From assembly GCA_965228855.1 (NCBI GenBank), contig CBDDIJ010000003.1, forward strand, positions 1,344,001 through 1,408,000: a DNA stretch of 64,000 nucleotides, read 5' to 3'. Positions 49,688 to 60,197 of the stretch are shown here, one piece after another. A model generated the notes under the pieces. It had not been told where the DNA came from and did not search any database. It saw nothing but the letters and a program-made list of their open reading frames with translations. Every line of letters starts with the position of its first letter. Position 1 is the first letter of the stretch. Both the position numbers and the translations under genes were made by a program. The DNA comes from Candidatus Obscuribacterales bacterium (GTDB lineage: Bacteria > Cyanobacteriota > Vampirovibrionia > Obscuribacterales > Obscuribacteraceae).

Positions 49688-50929
49688 CTATGAGGGCTGT
49701 GTCGAGGGTGGTGCAGGCGCAGGAACTGTGAAAGGTAAGTCATCGCCGAAAATCGCTTGATGTTCGGCGCGCCGAGCCTCCCATTTTTCGAGTTCCTCGA
49801 AATATTTTTCTTGAGCCTGAACAGCTGGATTGCTCTGAGCACTTTTCTCCAGCCCCGCTATTTGATCGTGTTCCTTCTGCATCGCGAGTATCTGCGGTGC
49901 TCGTGCATAACGAGGGACCGGATAAGCTGGATCTATCGTACGCATAAAGGGCGGCGCGGAGTCATGATAGTCTTCATCCCCTTCTGCGATTCGTTCGGGT
50001 AAGCGCATGGCGCTTATGAGTTCCTCTCCGGAGAGTCCGTTGAGAGCCAGATCGACCGACTGACCCCAGCGTGATTCCAAGAAATACGTGTCATCAAAAT
50101 TTAAGGCTGTGACTGCATGCAAGTCGTATCCACGGCTCGAGCCACTGCCGCCCGGCAGAAGCCCAGCGAACACCAGCAGCATCGGAGGTCGTCCGGTCGC
50201 GTTGCTGTAGCCGCTTATCGCGCTCGAGAGCTGATCAGCGTCGGTTATTGACGGCTCTTGCAAGCCATCGACTACACTGGAGTGTGCGATAACGGCGTTT
50301 GGAGTTTCATCGAACATACGAGCGAGATTGAAAGTGTCTTGCACGTTCAGGTTTGGTCCTTCGTACGCAACTTCTATACTGTTGTCGCCTTTGACATACA
50401 TTTTTACTAGGCGTTCACCGGTTATGCCTGGTCGCGGTTTCGGATCTTGCGTGTAGACGAATTTCAAATCGTTATTAGAAAGTTCATCCCAATGCGCTTG
50501 TGCGACGAGCAGGTCGAAAAGCTGTCCGACCGGGTCACGAAGACCGCTCCCGGAGGTGTTATCGTCCGTAGCCCAGCGCGCCTCAAGGTCCAAAGCCAGA
50601 CTTTTCTGGTCTATTGAAACCAACTTGCCTCGTTTGCCTTGCCCTACGGAAGCTTTGCCGGACGTAACCAGCGATGAAATCATCTCCATCACGTGGGCGG
50701 GATGGGTTTCTAGTAACTGACGGAGGAGACACTGGGTGACACTGGTGTTGTGAAAGCCTTGATTGACGAATCTCGACGGCTCAGAGGCTTTCCTTGCCAT
50801 AGATTCGGCTATCTTGCGAAGATGCCGCCGGTCGTAAACCTTGATTCCATTGATCCAGCCGTCGCTGCGCAGAACCTTCTCGATCGCTCGTGATATGCGT
50901 TGAACCTGAATGTCTGCGTCTCGGCGCAA
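49688..50929 (-). CDS. Hypothetical protein with papain/calpain-like motifs; possibly the 3' half of a frameshifted gene
   Basis: NQGFHNTS, HAVT, LESRWG; TTG start only; the frame stays open upstream to 50971. Confidence 0.6.
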   Translation of the reverse strand: MRRDADIQVQRISRAIEKVLRSDGWINGIKVYDRRHLRKIAESMARKASEPSRFVNQGFHNTSVTQCLLRQLLETHPAHVMEMISSLVTSGKASVGQGKRGKLVSIDQKSLALDLEARWATDDNTSGSGLRDPVGQLFDLLVAQAHWDELSNNDLKFVYTQDPKPRPGITGERLVKMYVKGDNSIEVAYEGPNLNVQDTFNLARMFDETPNAVIAHSSVVDGLQEPSITDADQLSSAISGYSNATGRPPMLLVFAGLLPGGSGSSRGYDLHAVTALNFDDTYFLESRWGQSVDLALNGLSGEELISAMRLPERIAEGDEDYHDSAPPFMRTIDPAYPVPRYARAPQILAMQKEHDQIAGLEKSAQSNPAVQAQEKYFEELEKWEARRAEHQAIFGDDLPFTVPAPAPPSTQPS

Positions 50930-50946
50930 ATCGGGAAATTCCTCTG

Positions 50947-51549
50947 CTAAGCGCTCATGGAGCTTTGCCGGTTAAGCCGATCAAGCGTCTGCAGTAAGTG
51001 GTCGGGAATTTGAGAATCTCGGGAGACGACAGTCGCGAGCCTTGCGAATGCCTCCTGGGTCTCTCTGTCGCCATTGTACGAATGAGTCTCCTCACCGTAA
51101 TCATCGTCACCGTGCTCCGAATGGTCGAGATGACCGTCTGCTGCTTGAGCTCCCTTAATCGCCCCAGCATCGCCTCTGTCATTTAAAACCGCAGCGACTT
51201 TGCTGCCGCTAAGCCCAAGATCGACAATTTCAAGGTCGCCGAATTCGCGCATGATATTCGCAAACTGGCTGGGATCGGACTTGTCGACTCTGAGATTATT
51301 CTGATCGAACCGGATGTCGAAACCGTCCGTGCTGGAGCGGTTTTCGGCAATCACATCATTCTGGGAATAGATTCCTGAACGCAATTTGTCATCCACTGAA
51401 TTTGGCTGGGAATCGGTCCCTGCAACTGGGACGCTATCCTGTTTGGGTTCATGGGAGCTGTGCTCGATGTCGCCAAACGTCAAGCTACCGGCACCTTGAG
51501 CGGCTCCTCCGGAACTATGGTAATTGCTATCGGCGCGTTCAGTTGCCAT
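50947..51549 (-). CDS. Acidic hypothetical protein; possibly the 5' half of a frameshifted gene
   Basis: 200 aa ORF whose last codons overlap the open upstream extension of 49688..50929. Confidence 0.55.
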   Translation of the reverse strand: MATERADSNYHSSGGAAQGAGSLTFGDIEHSSHEPKQDSVPVAGTDSQPNSVDDKLRSGIYSQNDVIAENRSSTDGFDIRFDQNNLRVDKSDPSQFANIMREFGDLEIVDLGLSGSKVAAVLNDRGDAGAIKGAQAADGHLDHSEHGDDDYGEETHSYNGDRETQEAFARLATVVSRDSQIPDHLLQTLDRLNRQSSMSA

Positions 51550-51622
51550 GATGTCTAAATGTGACGGGGTACAGTGTTTGAAAGAATCTAACCTGCTACT
51601 TCTTTGTGCCCAAAAATATCGG

Positions 51623-53596
51623 TTACCGACCCGTTTTATTTGGCCGAACTTTGATTAAAAGAATCAGACCGAGGGCTCCGACGACCAGAGTTATTGGCCA
51701 ATACGACAGAAACCTCTCTTCCAGGTGATATTTGCCCATCAGAATCGCCGCAGAGTTGTTCAGGATGTGCACAATCATGGAGGGAATTATGGATTCAGTC
51801 CAGACTGCCAGTGCTGTGAGTACGACTCCCAGAACGGCTGTCGGACCCACCCTGAAGATACTCATGTGGAATACGCCGAATAGCGCGCCTGTAATCAGGC
51901 ACTGACTCATGGGTTTAAACCTTTGACGAAGCAAACCCAAGATTGCACCTCGAAATAGCAACTCCTCACAAAGTCCCGGTGCAATTGCTATTCCAAGTAG
52001 GCTCAGCCAGAGAGGTTTGTCGCTCTCAACGATCATTCTGGTGAACATCGTTGTGAACGCCTCAGGCGCCGGCACGATGTAGTTTTGAATGTTGTAGACG
52101 AGCATGGAAGTCAAAACGCAAAGCGGCGTGATCAAAAGTGCCGCCAAGATGTGCAAGGGATGAGGCATACGAAGGCTCATCGTTTCGCGCAAGGGAAGAC
52201 GCAAATGTTTTAGCAAGTAAACTGCCGGCAGCAGAATCACGACAACCTGCGTTATTAAACTGCCCACGACTATATCCCAGGACTGCAACGCCTGGCCCAG
52301 ATAAAACATAAGTAGAAAAACAGCGAAGCAGAGGATAGCAATTTCTGGATTGAAGTCGCCGGAAAGACGCCTGCGCGCTCGTGAATCGGCTACGCCGAAT
52401 AGCAGTCTTTCACTGTCGAGGATTCGGGCCGCGACTGTGGTGACGTATACGGCAAACGCAATAGCTACGACTGAGGAAACGCAGAGCCAGAGCGGGTCGG
52501 CATGACCGGAGAGAACCTCTTTTAACGACAACGCCGTGTTTGCGACTGGGATAAACGCGACACCACTGGAGAGCTTCAACTCCGGCAACGAACAGACTGA
52601 CGAGGCGCCCATTGCCGCAAATAAGAACGGAACGAAGTAACCTTGACCCTGTTGAAAAGTTTTGCACCATGAAGCAAGCAGGATCGAGAGCGAGCTTAGC
52701 GTGACTACCAGAGGAATTGAAACCAGCATGCACATAACCATGGCGCTTAGTGGAAACTTCAAAACCAGCAAGTCATCCGCTTTGTTGCCTCCTATCTGGA
52801 TGAACAAGTAGATGCTCAAGAGCCCGATGAGGAGTGCGCCTGCTCCGATGACGATTACGACCAGGCACTTTCCGAACATGATGTTATGCCGATCGCTGGG
52901 TGACATCAGCAGTAGTGGCAACGTGTTTCTTTCACGCTCGCCGGTTATCACATCCAGAGCAGGATAGATGATCGAAACTGTGAGCATGGTAAACAGTAAA
53001 AACGGAAGCAGATTGCGAACTGGTTCGCTGGCTAGAGCCTGCTCTTTGGCTTCTCCGATTTCAGAGAAATTCAGTTCATATTTTTGCGGTGTCTGTACAC
53101 CTAATGTATGGAATCTGTATTGGACGACGCTGGCGCGAAACATATTCAAAGCCATGCGCACTTCGGCTAGCGCTATGAGGTTTTGATCGCGTCTGGCATC
53201 GTAAAAAATTTGGACTCGCGGTGTACTTTTGATGTTATCTATGACGTCTGTAAAATTGTCAGGGAAGGTGACTACGATGTCCGCCACTTTTGAAGCAAGC
53301 AGCTTCTCTGGGTCGCCGGTCTTGAGCACTTGCCTGAGATGAAGGGTCTTAGACTCTCTCATGGATGGGATTGCCGCGCGGGCATCTCCAATCAGAGCGA
53401 TGTTGTAATGTTTCTTTTTGATGTCATGTTTTAAATGTGTGGCGACGCTGGAGGGCAACACCAGTAGGGCTGGATAGATGATCGCCGGCATGATTATCAT
53501 TACGATCAAAGTGCGATAATCACGCAAAACCTCTATTAGGTCCTTTGCGAACACGGTTATGATTTCGTCGAAATCATCACGCCTCAATGATGTCAT
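51623..53596 (-). CDS. NatB-like ABC-2 permease fused to a CPBP/Abi intramembrane metalloprotease
   Basis: GERERNTL..LL..P permease motif; CPBP motifs EELLFRG, FGVFH and HILNN. Confidence 0.9.
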   Translation of the reverse strand: MTSLRRDDFDEIITVFAKDLIEVLRDYRTLIVMIIMPAIIYPALLVLPSSVATHLKHDIKKKHYNIALIGDARAAIPSMRESKTLHLRQVLKTGDPEKLLASKVADIVVTFPDNFTDVIDNIKSTPRVQIFYDARRDQNLIALAEVRMALNMFRASVVQYRFHTLGVQTPQKYELNFSEIGEAKEQALASEPVRNLLPFLLFTMLTVSIIYPALDVITGERERNTLPLLLMSPSDRHNIMFGKCLVVIVIGAGALLIGLLSIYLFIQIGGNKADDLLVLKFPLSAMVMCMLVSIPLVVTLSSLSILLASWCKTFQQGQGYFVPFLFAAMGASSVCSLPELKLSSGVAFIPVANTALSLKEVLSGHADPLWLCVSSVVAIAFAVYVTTVAARILDSERLLFGVADSRARRRLSGDFNPEIAILCFAVFLLMFYLGQALQSWDIVVGSLITQVVVILLPAVYLLKHLRLPLRETMSLRMPHPLHILAALLITPLCVLTSMLVYNIQNYIVPAPEAFTTMFTRMIVESDKPLWLSLLGIAIAPGLCEELLFRGAILGLLRQRFKPMSQCLITGALFGVFHMSIFRVGPTAVLGVVLTALAVWTESIIPSMIVHILNNSAAILMGKYHLEERFLSYWPITLVVGALGLILLIKVRPNKTGR

Positions 53597-54329
53597 CCTC
53601 CTTCACCACATTGAGGAAAATGTCTTCGAGATAGTGCATTCCGCTCTCCGCTCTCAATTCTTCGAGGGTGCCTGAAGCAAGCACCTGTCCTTTGTGAATA
53701 ATTGCCATGCGGTCGCAAAGTTTTTCGGCTTCGCTCATTATGTGAGACGAGAAAACAACGCACTTGTTCATCTCTTTGCATTGAAGGATAAACCTGTGCA
53801 GTACCTGGCTTGTTAAAACGTCCAGTCCCGTGGTCGGCTCATCCATGATGATCACCGGTGGGTCGTGAACAATTGCTCGCGCAATCGAGACTTTCTGTTT
53901 CATTCCGGTCGAGAGTTTCTCACATCGGCTATCGAGAAAGCTCTCCATCTGCAGCATTGAGGTCACTTCTGCAATTCGCTCAGTAAGTTTTTCTTTTGGA
54001 TATTTACTGAGTCTTCCAAAATAAGTTAGTATCTCCCGCGGTGTCAGGCGCTCGTACAAGCCTGTGTCAGCGGAGACAAATCCAAGCTGTTTACGCACCT
54101 GGCGCGGGTTTGTCGTAACATCGAAATCGTTAATTTTTGCAGTGCCAGACGTCGGTTTCAAAATTGTAGTGATCATTCTCAAGGTGGTGGTCTTACCTGC
54201 CCCGTTCGGACCGAGCAATCCGAATATCTCACCTTTGTGGCAAGCGAAAGATACCGACTGAACGGCATTGAACTCGCCGCGTTTTGCGTCGAAAAAACGC
54301 TTGGTTAGATTTATCGCTTCCAGACCCAT
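53577..54329 (-). CDS. ABC transporter ATP-binding protein (NatA-like)
   Basis: GPNGAGKTT, LSTGMKQK, MDEPT, SSH. Confidence 0.95.
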   Translation of the reverse strand: MGLEAINLTKRFFDAKRGEFNAVQSVSFACHKGEIFGLLGPNGAGKTTTLRMITTILKPTSGTAKINDFDVTTNPRQVRKQLGFVSADTGLYERLTPREILTYFGRLSKYPKEKLTERIAEVTSMLQMESFLDSRCEKLSTGMKQKVSIARAIVHDPPVIIMDEPTTGLDVLTSQVLHRFILQCKEMNKCVVFSSHIMSEAEKLCDRMAIIHKGQVLASGTLEELRAESGMHYLEDIFLNVVKEDDIIEA

Positions 54330-54334
54330 TCCAC

Positions 54335-55594
54335 TTACCTGTTTGCTGCTGAAAAGTCTTGATTTGCATTGGAGGGCTCTTTGCCCCAGAAGATAACTTG
54401 ACTGAGATACAGTAGTGTTGCCGTGATTGCTACCGACTCAGCGCAGGCAATCGTCATTTCCAGTCCACCCACCGAATCAGTAACGATCGCTTTTGCACAG
54501 AGCACCATATTCAGTATCGGGATAAATGCCGTTCTAATGTCCAGCGTCCAACCTGGAAGCAGAGCGACCATCGGCAGTATCGTTACCGTGATTAAAACGA
54601 GCGACGAGATGTTCTGAGCTTCCTTGAAGCTCTTCGCCGTTGATGCGATGAGCGAGTAGATACTGGCGACCAGAAGAGTTGACAGCATGAACAGCAAAAG
54701 TACGCCAAGCAAATTCTCAAGACTGTACTGCTTTAGAGCGAGTGTGAGAGCGCGTTTCAACCACTCGAGTTTGGCGGTGAAATACAAGGCGACAAACGCC
54801 ATGCTCAAAAAGTTCACCAGACCCGAGAGTATGGTGAGTATGGTGACAGCTGCAAATTTACCGACCACCACGGTGGACCGTTCCACAGGAAGCAAGTAAG
54901 TTGTCGCTTTTGTTTTCTTCTCGGCTTCTTCGGTGAACGCTGCGAGGGCCGGATAGATCGCGCCGACAGTGATGATCAACATGGTGTAGCCATAAAAGGC
55001 GACGAGAACTATTGTTGTCGAGAATGCGGTGATTTCCATGTCCTGAAGACTGGCTTTACGACCTCCCATCGTGCCAACGTTGTGCGTTTCGATTTCAAAA
55101 ACTTTAGAGACTTTATTCGCTCCAGAGACCTTTTCGACCGCATTCTTCATTGCAAGCGCTCGGGCGTCGTAAGAGCGGCTCTGCATGAGGACACGCGTTT
55201 CAAGGAAACGGTCGGACGACGGATTTAGCATCACGTTGATCTTTTCAGGTGCGCCGCTTCCATCCACAACGCACTCGAGTTTGTTTTGCTCCAGATCGTG
55301 AATTGGATCTTTTGACTCCGTGACTGCAATCTTCTTGGTCTCTTTGACGACCTGAACGAGTTCAGGTATTCGCTCCATACCGTCTTTCACGTACGCGAGC
55401 CGGACAGGGCGCGTTTCCGCCAGCCCCTCCCGCCACAATGTGTACTCGGAGAGGCTCACCAGGCTAATCGGATACAAAATCAACGGCACGAATACTGTAT
55501 AAATCAAAACATGCGCGTCGCGAAAGCAGTGCTTTAGCTCCTTGTTCGCGACAACGGTTATGTCTTGTAAACGTTCTATGAGTCCGTCAAACAC
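54335..55594 (-). CDS. ABC-2 type permease (NatB-like)
   Basis: KELKHCFRD, EEAEKKT...LLPV.R..VVVGK, AKSFKEAQ; multiple TMs. Confidence 0.88.
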   Translation of the reverse strand: MFDGLIERLQDITVVANKELKHCFRDAHVLIYTVFVPLILYPISLVSLSEYTLWREGLAETRPVRLAYVKDGMERIPELVQVVKETKKIAVTESKDPIHDLEQNKLECVVDGSGAPEKINVMLNPSSDRFLETRVLMQSRSYDARALAMKNAVEKVSGANKVSKVFEIETHNVGTMGGRKASLQDMEITAFSTTIVLVAFYGYTMLIITVGAIYPALAAFTEEAEKKTKATTYLLPVERSTVVVGKFAAVTILTILSGLVNFLSMAFVALYFTAKLEWLKRALTLALKQYSLENLLGVLLLFMLSTLLVASIYSLIASTAKSFKEAQNISSLVLITVTILPMVALLPGWTLDIRTAFIPILNMVLCAKAIVTDSVGGLEMTIACAESVAITATLLYLSQVIFWGKEPSNANQDFSAANR

Positions 55595-55653
55595 AGTTAG
55601 GTCTTTTTAAGTCTCTTCCAGCGGTATTGAATTTCATCCCGCTAGAGTCTTGA

Positions 55654-57300
55654 ATGAAACCTGTCTTTAGTCATATAGCTATGTGGCTCCAGTCATACAT
55701 GACTCCAGCCTTTCAAAAAAATGGTGTTTCAATGAATTCTCAGCTCTCGGCGACCTCAAAAACTCTGTTTCGAAGCAGACCGACGTTCTCTCTGGCATTA
55801 GGATGCATGTTACTACTGGTAATGCAGCAAGACTTATCAGCCGCAGAGGAGGTCATAATCAAAACGCCTAATGCCGACAGCCATATCGAAGTTAAACCGA
55901 CCAGTTCCCCTGAATATGTACCGCCCGAGCAGCTCACGCCCGACGCCAAGCCGACCGAGTCAAAGCCCTCTGAAACCAAACCGGTAGAGACGATGCCGGT
56001 CGAGCCTGAAAAGGTTTTCCTCCCTCGCGATATTAGACCGCTTCCCGGCGGGCTTGATTCCATTCCGATGTTCAACAGTAACAATCCTGAAATTGTTTTA
56101 TCTGAGGGAATTCTGCTCTCTACATTTCCCAGCGCTGATGGACCTGCTCATTTGAACTACACATTCGACGGTCGTTTCGATGTCTTTGCCCACCATATTG
56201 CCGATGGCAAGAAGAGTGGTCACCTGGAAGATTTGAACCTGGGACTGATAGTTGGAAACTTCGGTGAGAAGCCAGTCACGGTGCGAGTCCTCAATGCCGC
56301 GAGTTACAGCACTCGTCCTGATTCACCTTTCATAGCCGTGGACCCGCTGGTCAAAAACGACGAAGGAAAGGTTTTTTCCGGACCTGGTGACCGCGTTACC
56401 GATGTGATATTGCGTGATGAGAAACCCGACGACAGCTGGGATACGAAAGTAACTGTTCAACCTGGTGAGAAAGTTTTGTTGAAGAAGCTGGTTTTAAACG
56501 TCCGCGACTTTCCGACCAATGTGAATGGCCGATCCTTGCTCGCCAGGCTCAAATCAAGCGGTCCAGTGCGACTGGCAATGGTGGCGAGATTTTCGACCAT
56601 TGATGAAAACAATAACCATCGTTCTCCTACTGAAGGAGAATTCATAGCCACTCTTGAAGCAGGCAAGTTTGTAGAACCGCGAGATCCTGCTCCGACTAGA
56701 CCAGAGGACAAAGGCGCCATCCGCTACGGACGCGTATCCGGAGTTCAATCCGGTTCAACATGGAAAACCAAGGTCACGGATAGGAAGAGCAAATTCCTTT
56801 CCCTTCCGTCTCCCGGTAAGCCGATTTCGTACCCCATATCGTCGCTTGCTGCGGGTACATTCGGAACCGGACAGGTGCAGAGCGCACCAATGGTGGTGCG
56901 CAACGACGGCACCGCTTATCAGGCTCACGGAAATTATGGAGTCAAATACGACCTGACTTTTCCGTTGAAGAACTCCACAGACCATGACTTGAGGGTTAAC
57001 GTTGCGCTAGAAACGCCACTGAAAAGCGACGAGAAAAAAGACCTGGTTGCGTTCTTTCAGCCCGCCGACAGGCGCGTGTTCTATCGTGGCACGTTGAAGG
57101 TCGGCTCGGATAAAGGAGCAAAGGTTTCCAAATTCAACTATCAGCATATCGTGGAACACAGAGGTGAAAGTGTCGGTCCGATATTGTCGGTGGTCGTTCC
57201 TAAAAACGGACGGCGGACAGTAGAAGTCGAACTGATTTACCCGCCGGACTGTACGCCTCCGCAAATATTGACATTGAGTACGGTCGCTGACGTAGAATGA
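55654..57300 (+). CDS. DUF3370-like exported protein
   Basis: RPLPGGLD..PMFNSNNPE..EGILLSTFP, FDVFAHH, AHGNYGVKYDL, YPPDCTPPQ, recalled as a cyanobacterial family. The start may be 55732. Confidence 0.8.
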   Translation: MKPVFSHIAMWLQSYMTPAFQKNGVSMNSQLSATSKTLFRSRPTFSLALGCMLLLVMQQDLSAAEEVIIKTPNADSHIEVKPTSSPEYVPPEQLTPDAKPTESKPSETKPVETMPVEPEKVFLPRDIRPLPGGLDSIPMFNSNNPEIVLSEGILLSTFPSADGPAHLNYTFDGRFDVFAHHIADGKKSGHLEDLNLGLIVGNFGEKPVTVRVLNAASYSTRPDSPFIAVDPLVKNDEGKVFSGPGDRVTDVILRDEKPDDSWDTKVTVQPGEKVLLKKLVLNVRDFPTNVNGRSLLARLKSSGPVRLAMVARFSTIDENNNHRSPTEGEFIATLEAGKFVEPRDPAPTRPEDKGAIRYGRVSGVQSGSTWKTKVTDRKSKFLSLPSPGKPISYPISSLAAGTFGTGQVQSAPMVVRNDGTAYQAHGNYGVKYDLTFPLKNSTDHDLRVNVALETPLKSDEKKDLVAFFQPADRRVFYRGTLKVGSDKGAKVSKFNYQHIVEHRGESVGPILSVVVPKNGRRTVEVELIYPPDCTPPQILTLSTVADVE

Positions 57301-57322
57301 TGTTCGAAGCCGAACGAGTCCA

Positions 57323-57886
57323 ATGCGCGAGAAAAAGAGAGCTCTAGTAATTTTCGACCTGGATGAGACCCTGATTCATTCCAGGCAGGAGCGTCTTGGT
57401 CGCGAGCCCGACTATGAGCTTGATCGACTGAGCGTTTACTTCCGCCCCAGAGCCTTTGACTTGATTTCAGCAGTAGCGATGAAATTTGAAATCGCGGTCT
57501 GGTCTGCAGGTTCGCCGCTTTATGTGGAGTCAATCGTCGAGCAAATCTTTCCTCCGGAAGTTAAGCCCCTCTTTGTTTGGAACCGCGATCACTGCACTGC
57601 AAAATTTGAGTTTTCATGCCTGCAGACGTTGTTTCTAAAAGATTTAAACCGAATGGTCGATTTTGGCTTCGACCTCACGAATACTTTGATTATCGAGGAC
57701 GACCCCGTAAAAGTCCGGGACTTCATGGGTAATACATTGCTTGTCAGCCAATATTTTGGTGATGACTCCGACGATGGATTGACTGCTCTGATTGCCTTTA
57801 TTTCCGAGCTGAACGGGCATCACGACGATGTGCGAGAAATCGGAAAGTCGTGGAATGATCTGGTGAGAGGTCGTGGGAACAAGTAA
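57323..57886 (+). CDS. NIF/FCP1-like HAD phosphatase
   Basis: DLDETLIH, RP, AVWSAG..YV, KDL, IIEDD. Confidence 0.9.
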   Translation: MREKKRALVIFDLDETLIHSRQERLGREPDYELDRLSVYFRPRAFDLISAVAMKFEIAVWSAGSPLYVESIVEQIFPPEVKPLFVWNRDHCTAKFEFSCLQTLFLKDLNRMVDFGFDLTNTLIIEDDPVKVRDFMGNTLLVSQYFGDDSDDGLTALIAFISELNGHHDDVREIGKSWNDLVRGRGNK

Positions 57887-57897
57887 ACCGCTGATCT

Positions 57898-59430
57898 TTA
57901 ATCGCCGGTTCCTAATTTTACCGGCGGGAGGTAAACGCCTTTGTATTCACGCTTCCACCAAACCCCGGTATCAATAAGAGTTTTGATGTCTGTCGCATGG
58001 TAGTCGTAAACGATTGCGCGGATGAATTTTGGAGGTTTTCCGTGAAATGGGTCTGTTTCCAGCAACACGGTCACTGAAGGAGTTCCCTTTAACAGGCATT
58101 CGACGAAGCTGACCAGCCACTGATTTTGCATGACACTTCCGAGAGCTGCAAACCACATTTGCCAGTCCAATCGGGGTTGCATGGGTGCCACTATAGGTGG
58201 TGGACGATCCAACGGACCAGGTTTGCACTTGAAGACATAATCCTTCCAAATCTTTCCATCGTTGCTTCCCTGAATGGATATCTCAGGGCGTTCTGTCGTC
58301 ATCGACGCAAACAGACCGTAACTGCTAACGAGGTGCCAGGGAGCGAAAATCGATACAATTGCGTAGGCAGGCGCAGGAAGTCCGGATTCGCCGATTGAGT
58401 TGAAAGTCTGCCTGACAGTACTGAGAAATATAATTAGCACCGCCAATGGTACTACCGCGACCAGGTGCAGGCGAGATCGCACCGGATGAAATTCAACTTT
58501 GGGAACAGCCGAAACGACCGTTTTCAGCCTGTTTCCGCTTGCCCTCAGTATGTAGTCGTCATCGACAAGCATCAGGCACAGAGCGATAGTTAGCCAGTTG
58601 AAGAAGCAATAATTGCCCGTAAGAATAATGAGAAATTGGAGAAAAACGAAACCCACAGCCGCGATCAATCTACCCCGTCGACCAAAAAATATGAGAAATG
58701 GAAACAACAATTCGAATATGAAGACAAAAACGGTTTCAACCGAGTGAATCGGCGCGGGCAGATGGTGCATAAACCAGCCGATTGGTGTGGGAAGAGGTTG
58801 TGTTTCATAATGGAAGCTCATCGCAGACAGACCCGACCAGGTCGGATCGTTACTGGCTAGTTTGCAAATTCCCGATTGCAACATCAGGCGAAATAAGAGC
58901 CAGCGGAGGAGCCAGATGAGGGAGATCGCAGGTTCGGCTCTATCGACTGACCACTTGGGTAGTTTCAATCTATCTGCCAGCGCGAAACCAAAATCGAAGG
59001 GACGCCAGGATGCAAGAAATAGAGTGAGAAAGCCGGTCTCGCACAGAAGTATGTCCCATTGGAATGTCATGAATTCTTGACCCATGGTCACGATTGAAAG
59101 GTACAAAATCCATGAGACAAATAAGCTGGGACCACAAAACACGCCCAGCAACGCCAATAGAGATGTGAGGGCGCCGAGCATTGGTACCAGAGTTATAAAC
59201 GAATCTGATGAATCAAACCAGAAAACACTGGGATAGTTCAAGAATAACAACCAGGGCGAAACTCCTTGAGAGGATGACTTCACCATAACGTCAATCGGCA
59301 GTATGCCGTCTTGACCATACAATCCAAGCATTTGCGAACCGGCGGAAATAAAAGCAATAAGGTATATTGCCGCGACAAATCGTACGAAGATGCAGCGTGT
59401 CAACCGCAGTTCTAACTTTGCGAACTTCAT
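57898..59430 (-). CDS. Lipase maturation factor (LMF) family membrane protein
   Basis: FQWDILLCETGFL, FHYETQPLPTP, TGNYCFFN, SYGLFA.MT..RPE, PRLDWQMWFAA. Confidence 0.95.
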   Translation of the reverse strand: MKFAKLELRLTRCIFVRFVAAIYLIAFISAGSQMLGLYGQDGILPIDVMVKSSSQGVSPWLLFLNYPSVFWFDSSDSFITLVPMLGALTSLLALLGVFCGPSLFVSWILYLSIVTMGQEFMTFQWDILLCETGFLTLFLASWRPFDFGFALADRLKLPKWSVDRAEPAISLIWLLRWLLFRLMLQSGICKLASNDPTWSGLSAMSFHYETQPLPTPIGWFMHHLPAPIHSVETVFVFIFELLFPFLIFFGRRGRLIAAVGFVFLQFLIILTGNYCFFNWLTIALCLMLVDDDYILRASGNRLKTVVSAVPKVEFHPVRSRLHLVAVVPLAVLIIFLSTVRQTFNSIGESGLPAPAYAIVSIFAPWHLVSSYGLFASMTTERPEISIQGSNDGKIWKDYVFKCKPGPLDRPPPIVAPMQPRLDWQMWFAALGSVMQNQWLVSFVECLLKGTPSVTVLLETDPFHGKPPKFIRAIVYDYHATDIKTLIDTGVWWKREYKGVYLPPVKLGTGD

Positions 59431-59711
59431 TCAGATTGAAGAGGGGTATCATCTCTTCGTCGAGTGAATAGAGTTCTCATTTGACGGAAAAAACAAAGAG
59501 TCGTGAAACTGGCAATTCCAAATGCAATTCCCATGTCTATAAATGCGACAAAGACTACATATATTCGGTCGTAAGGACCAACGATCTGCGCGGGAAGCGT
59601 GTCCAGGTATGCGAGCCCGATGAATGAGAACCAAATTCCGCCAATCAGGAACGGAATGGTAAATGTCAAAAAGCTAGTTCTGTTGAAGCAGGGGGAGTTG
59701 TTTTCGCACAT
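59427..59711 (-). CDS. Small two-TM membrane protein
   Basis: Two hydrophobic segments; ATGA overlap with the LMF gene. Confidence 0.6.
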   Translation of the reverse strand: MCENNSPCFNRTSFLTFTIPFLIGGIWFSFIGLAYLDTLPAQIVGPYDRIYVVFVAFIDMGIAFGIASFTTLCFFRQMRTLFTRRRDDTPLQSE

Positions 59712-59721
59712 TTGGTGTGTT

Positions 59722-59991
59722 TTAAACGTTAGCTGTACAACATTCTAATACCACTTTTCCTGATTTTACATCATTGTTGCCGGTGTCAAAGGTCTGAAAG
59801 TCGGCGCCAGTCCAGGAATTGTCCTCAATCAATGCCCGCGGGCGCCTGGTGATTAGCCCCATGCTGAGCGGGGCATAGAAAACCTGAGGCGGCGGGCAAT
59901 ACGCCAAATCATTTACGCCCATGCTGTTCAAACCGACCGGAAGCATGCCAGAGAAAGCTACGCCAAACCATTTACTATTCTGATCGCTCAA
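59722..59991 (-). CDS. Small hypothetical protein
   Basis: 89 aa TTG-start ORF, co-oriented and closely packed with the downstream genes. Confidence 0.4.
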   Translation of the reverse strand: MSDQNSKWFGVAFSGMLPVGLNSMGVNDLAYCPPPQVFYAPLSMGLITRRPRALIEDNSWTGADFQTFDTGNNDVKSGKVVLECCTANV

Positions 59992-60197
59992 TCTTCTTGG
60001 TGCTATACCTGTAGATTGAGGGCTCGATGATAGGAATGCGAATTAATCAAATAGAGCAGAACTTCGGGAAGCCGCAGTTTGTTCTTCAACGCCGTCGATG
60101 AAAGGAGCGAGCGACGGCGGTTATGTTTTGGCCGACATGGTTTGTTGTTTGTCGGTAAATGAGCCCAAGCAGAAAACAAGGTAGAGGAGACCTGCCA

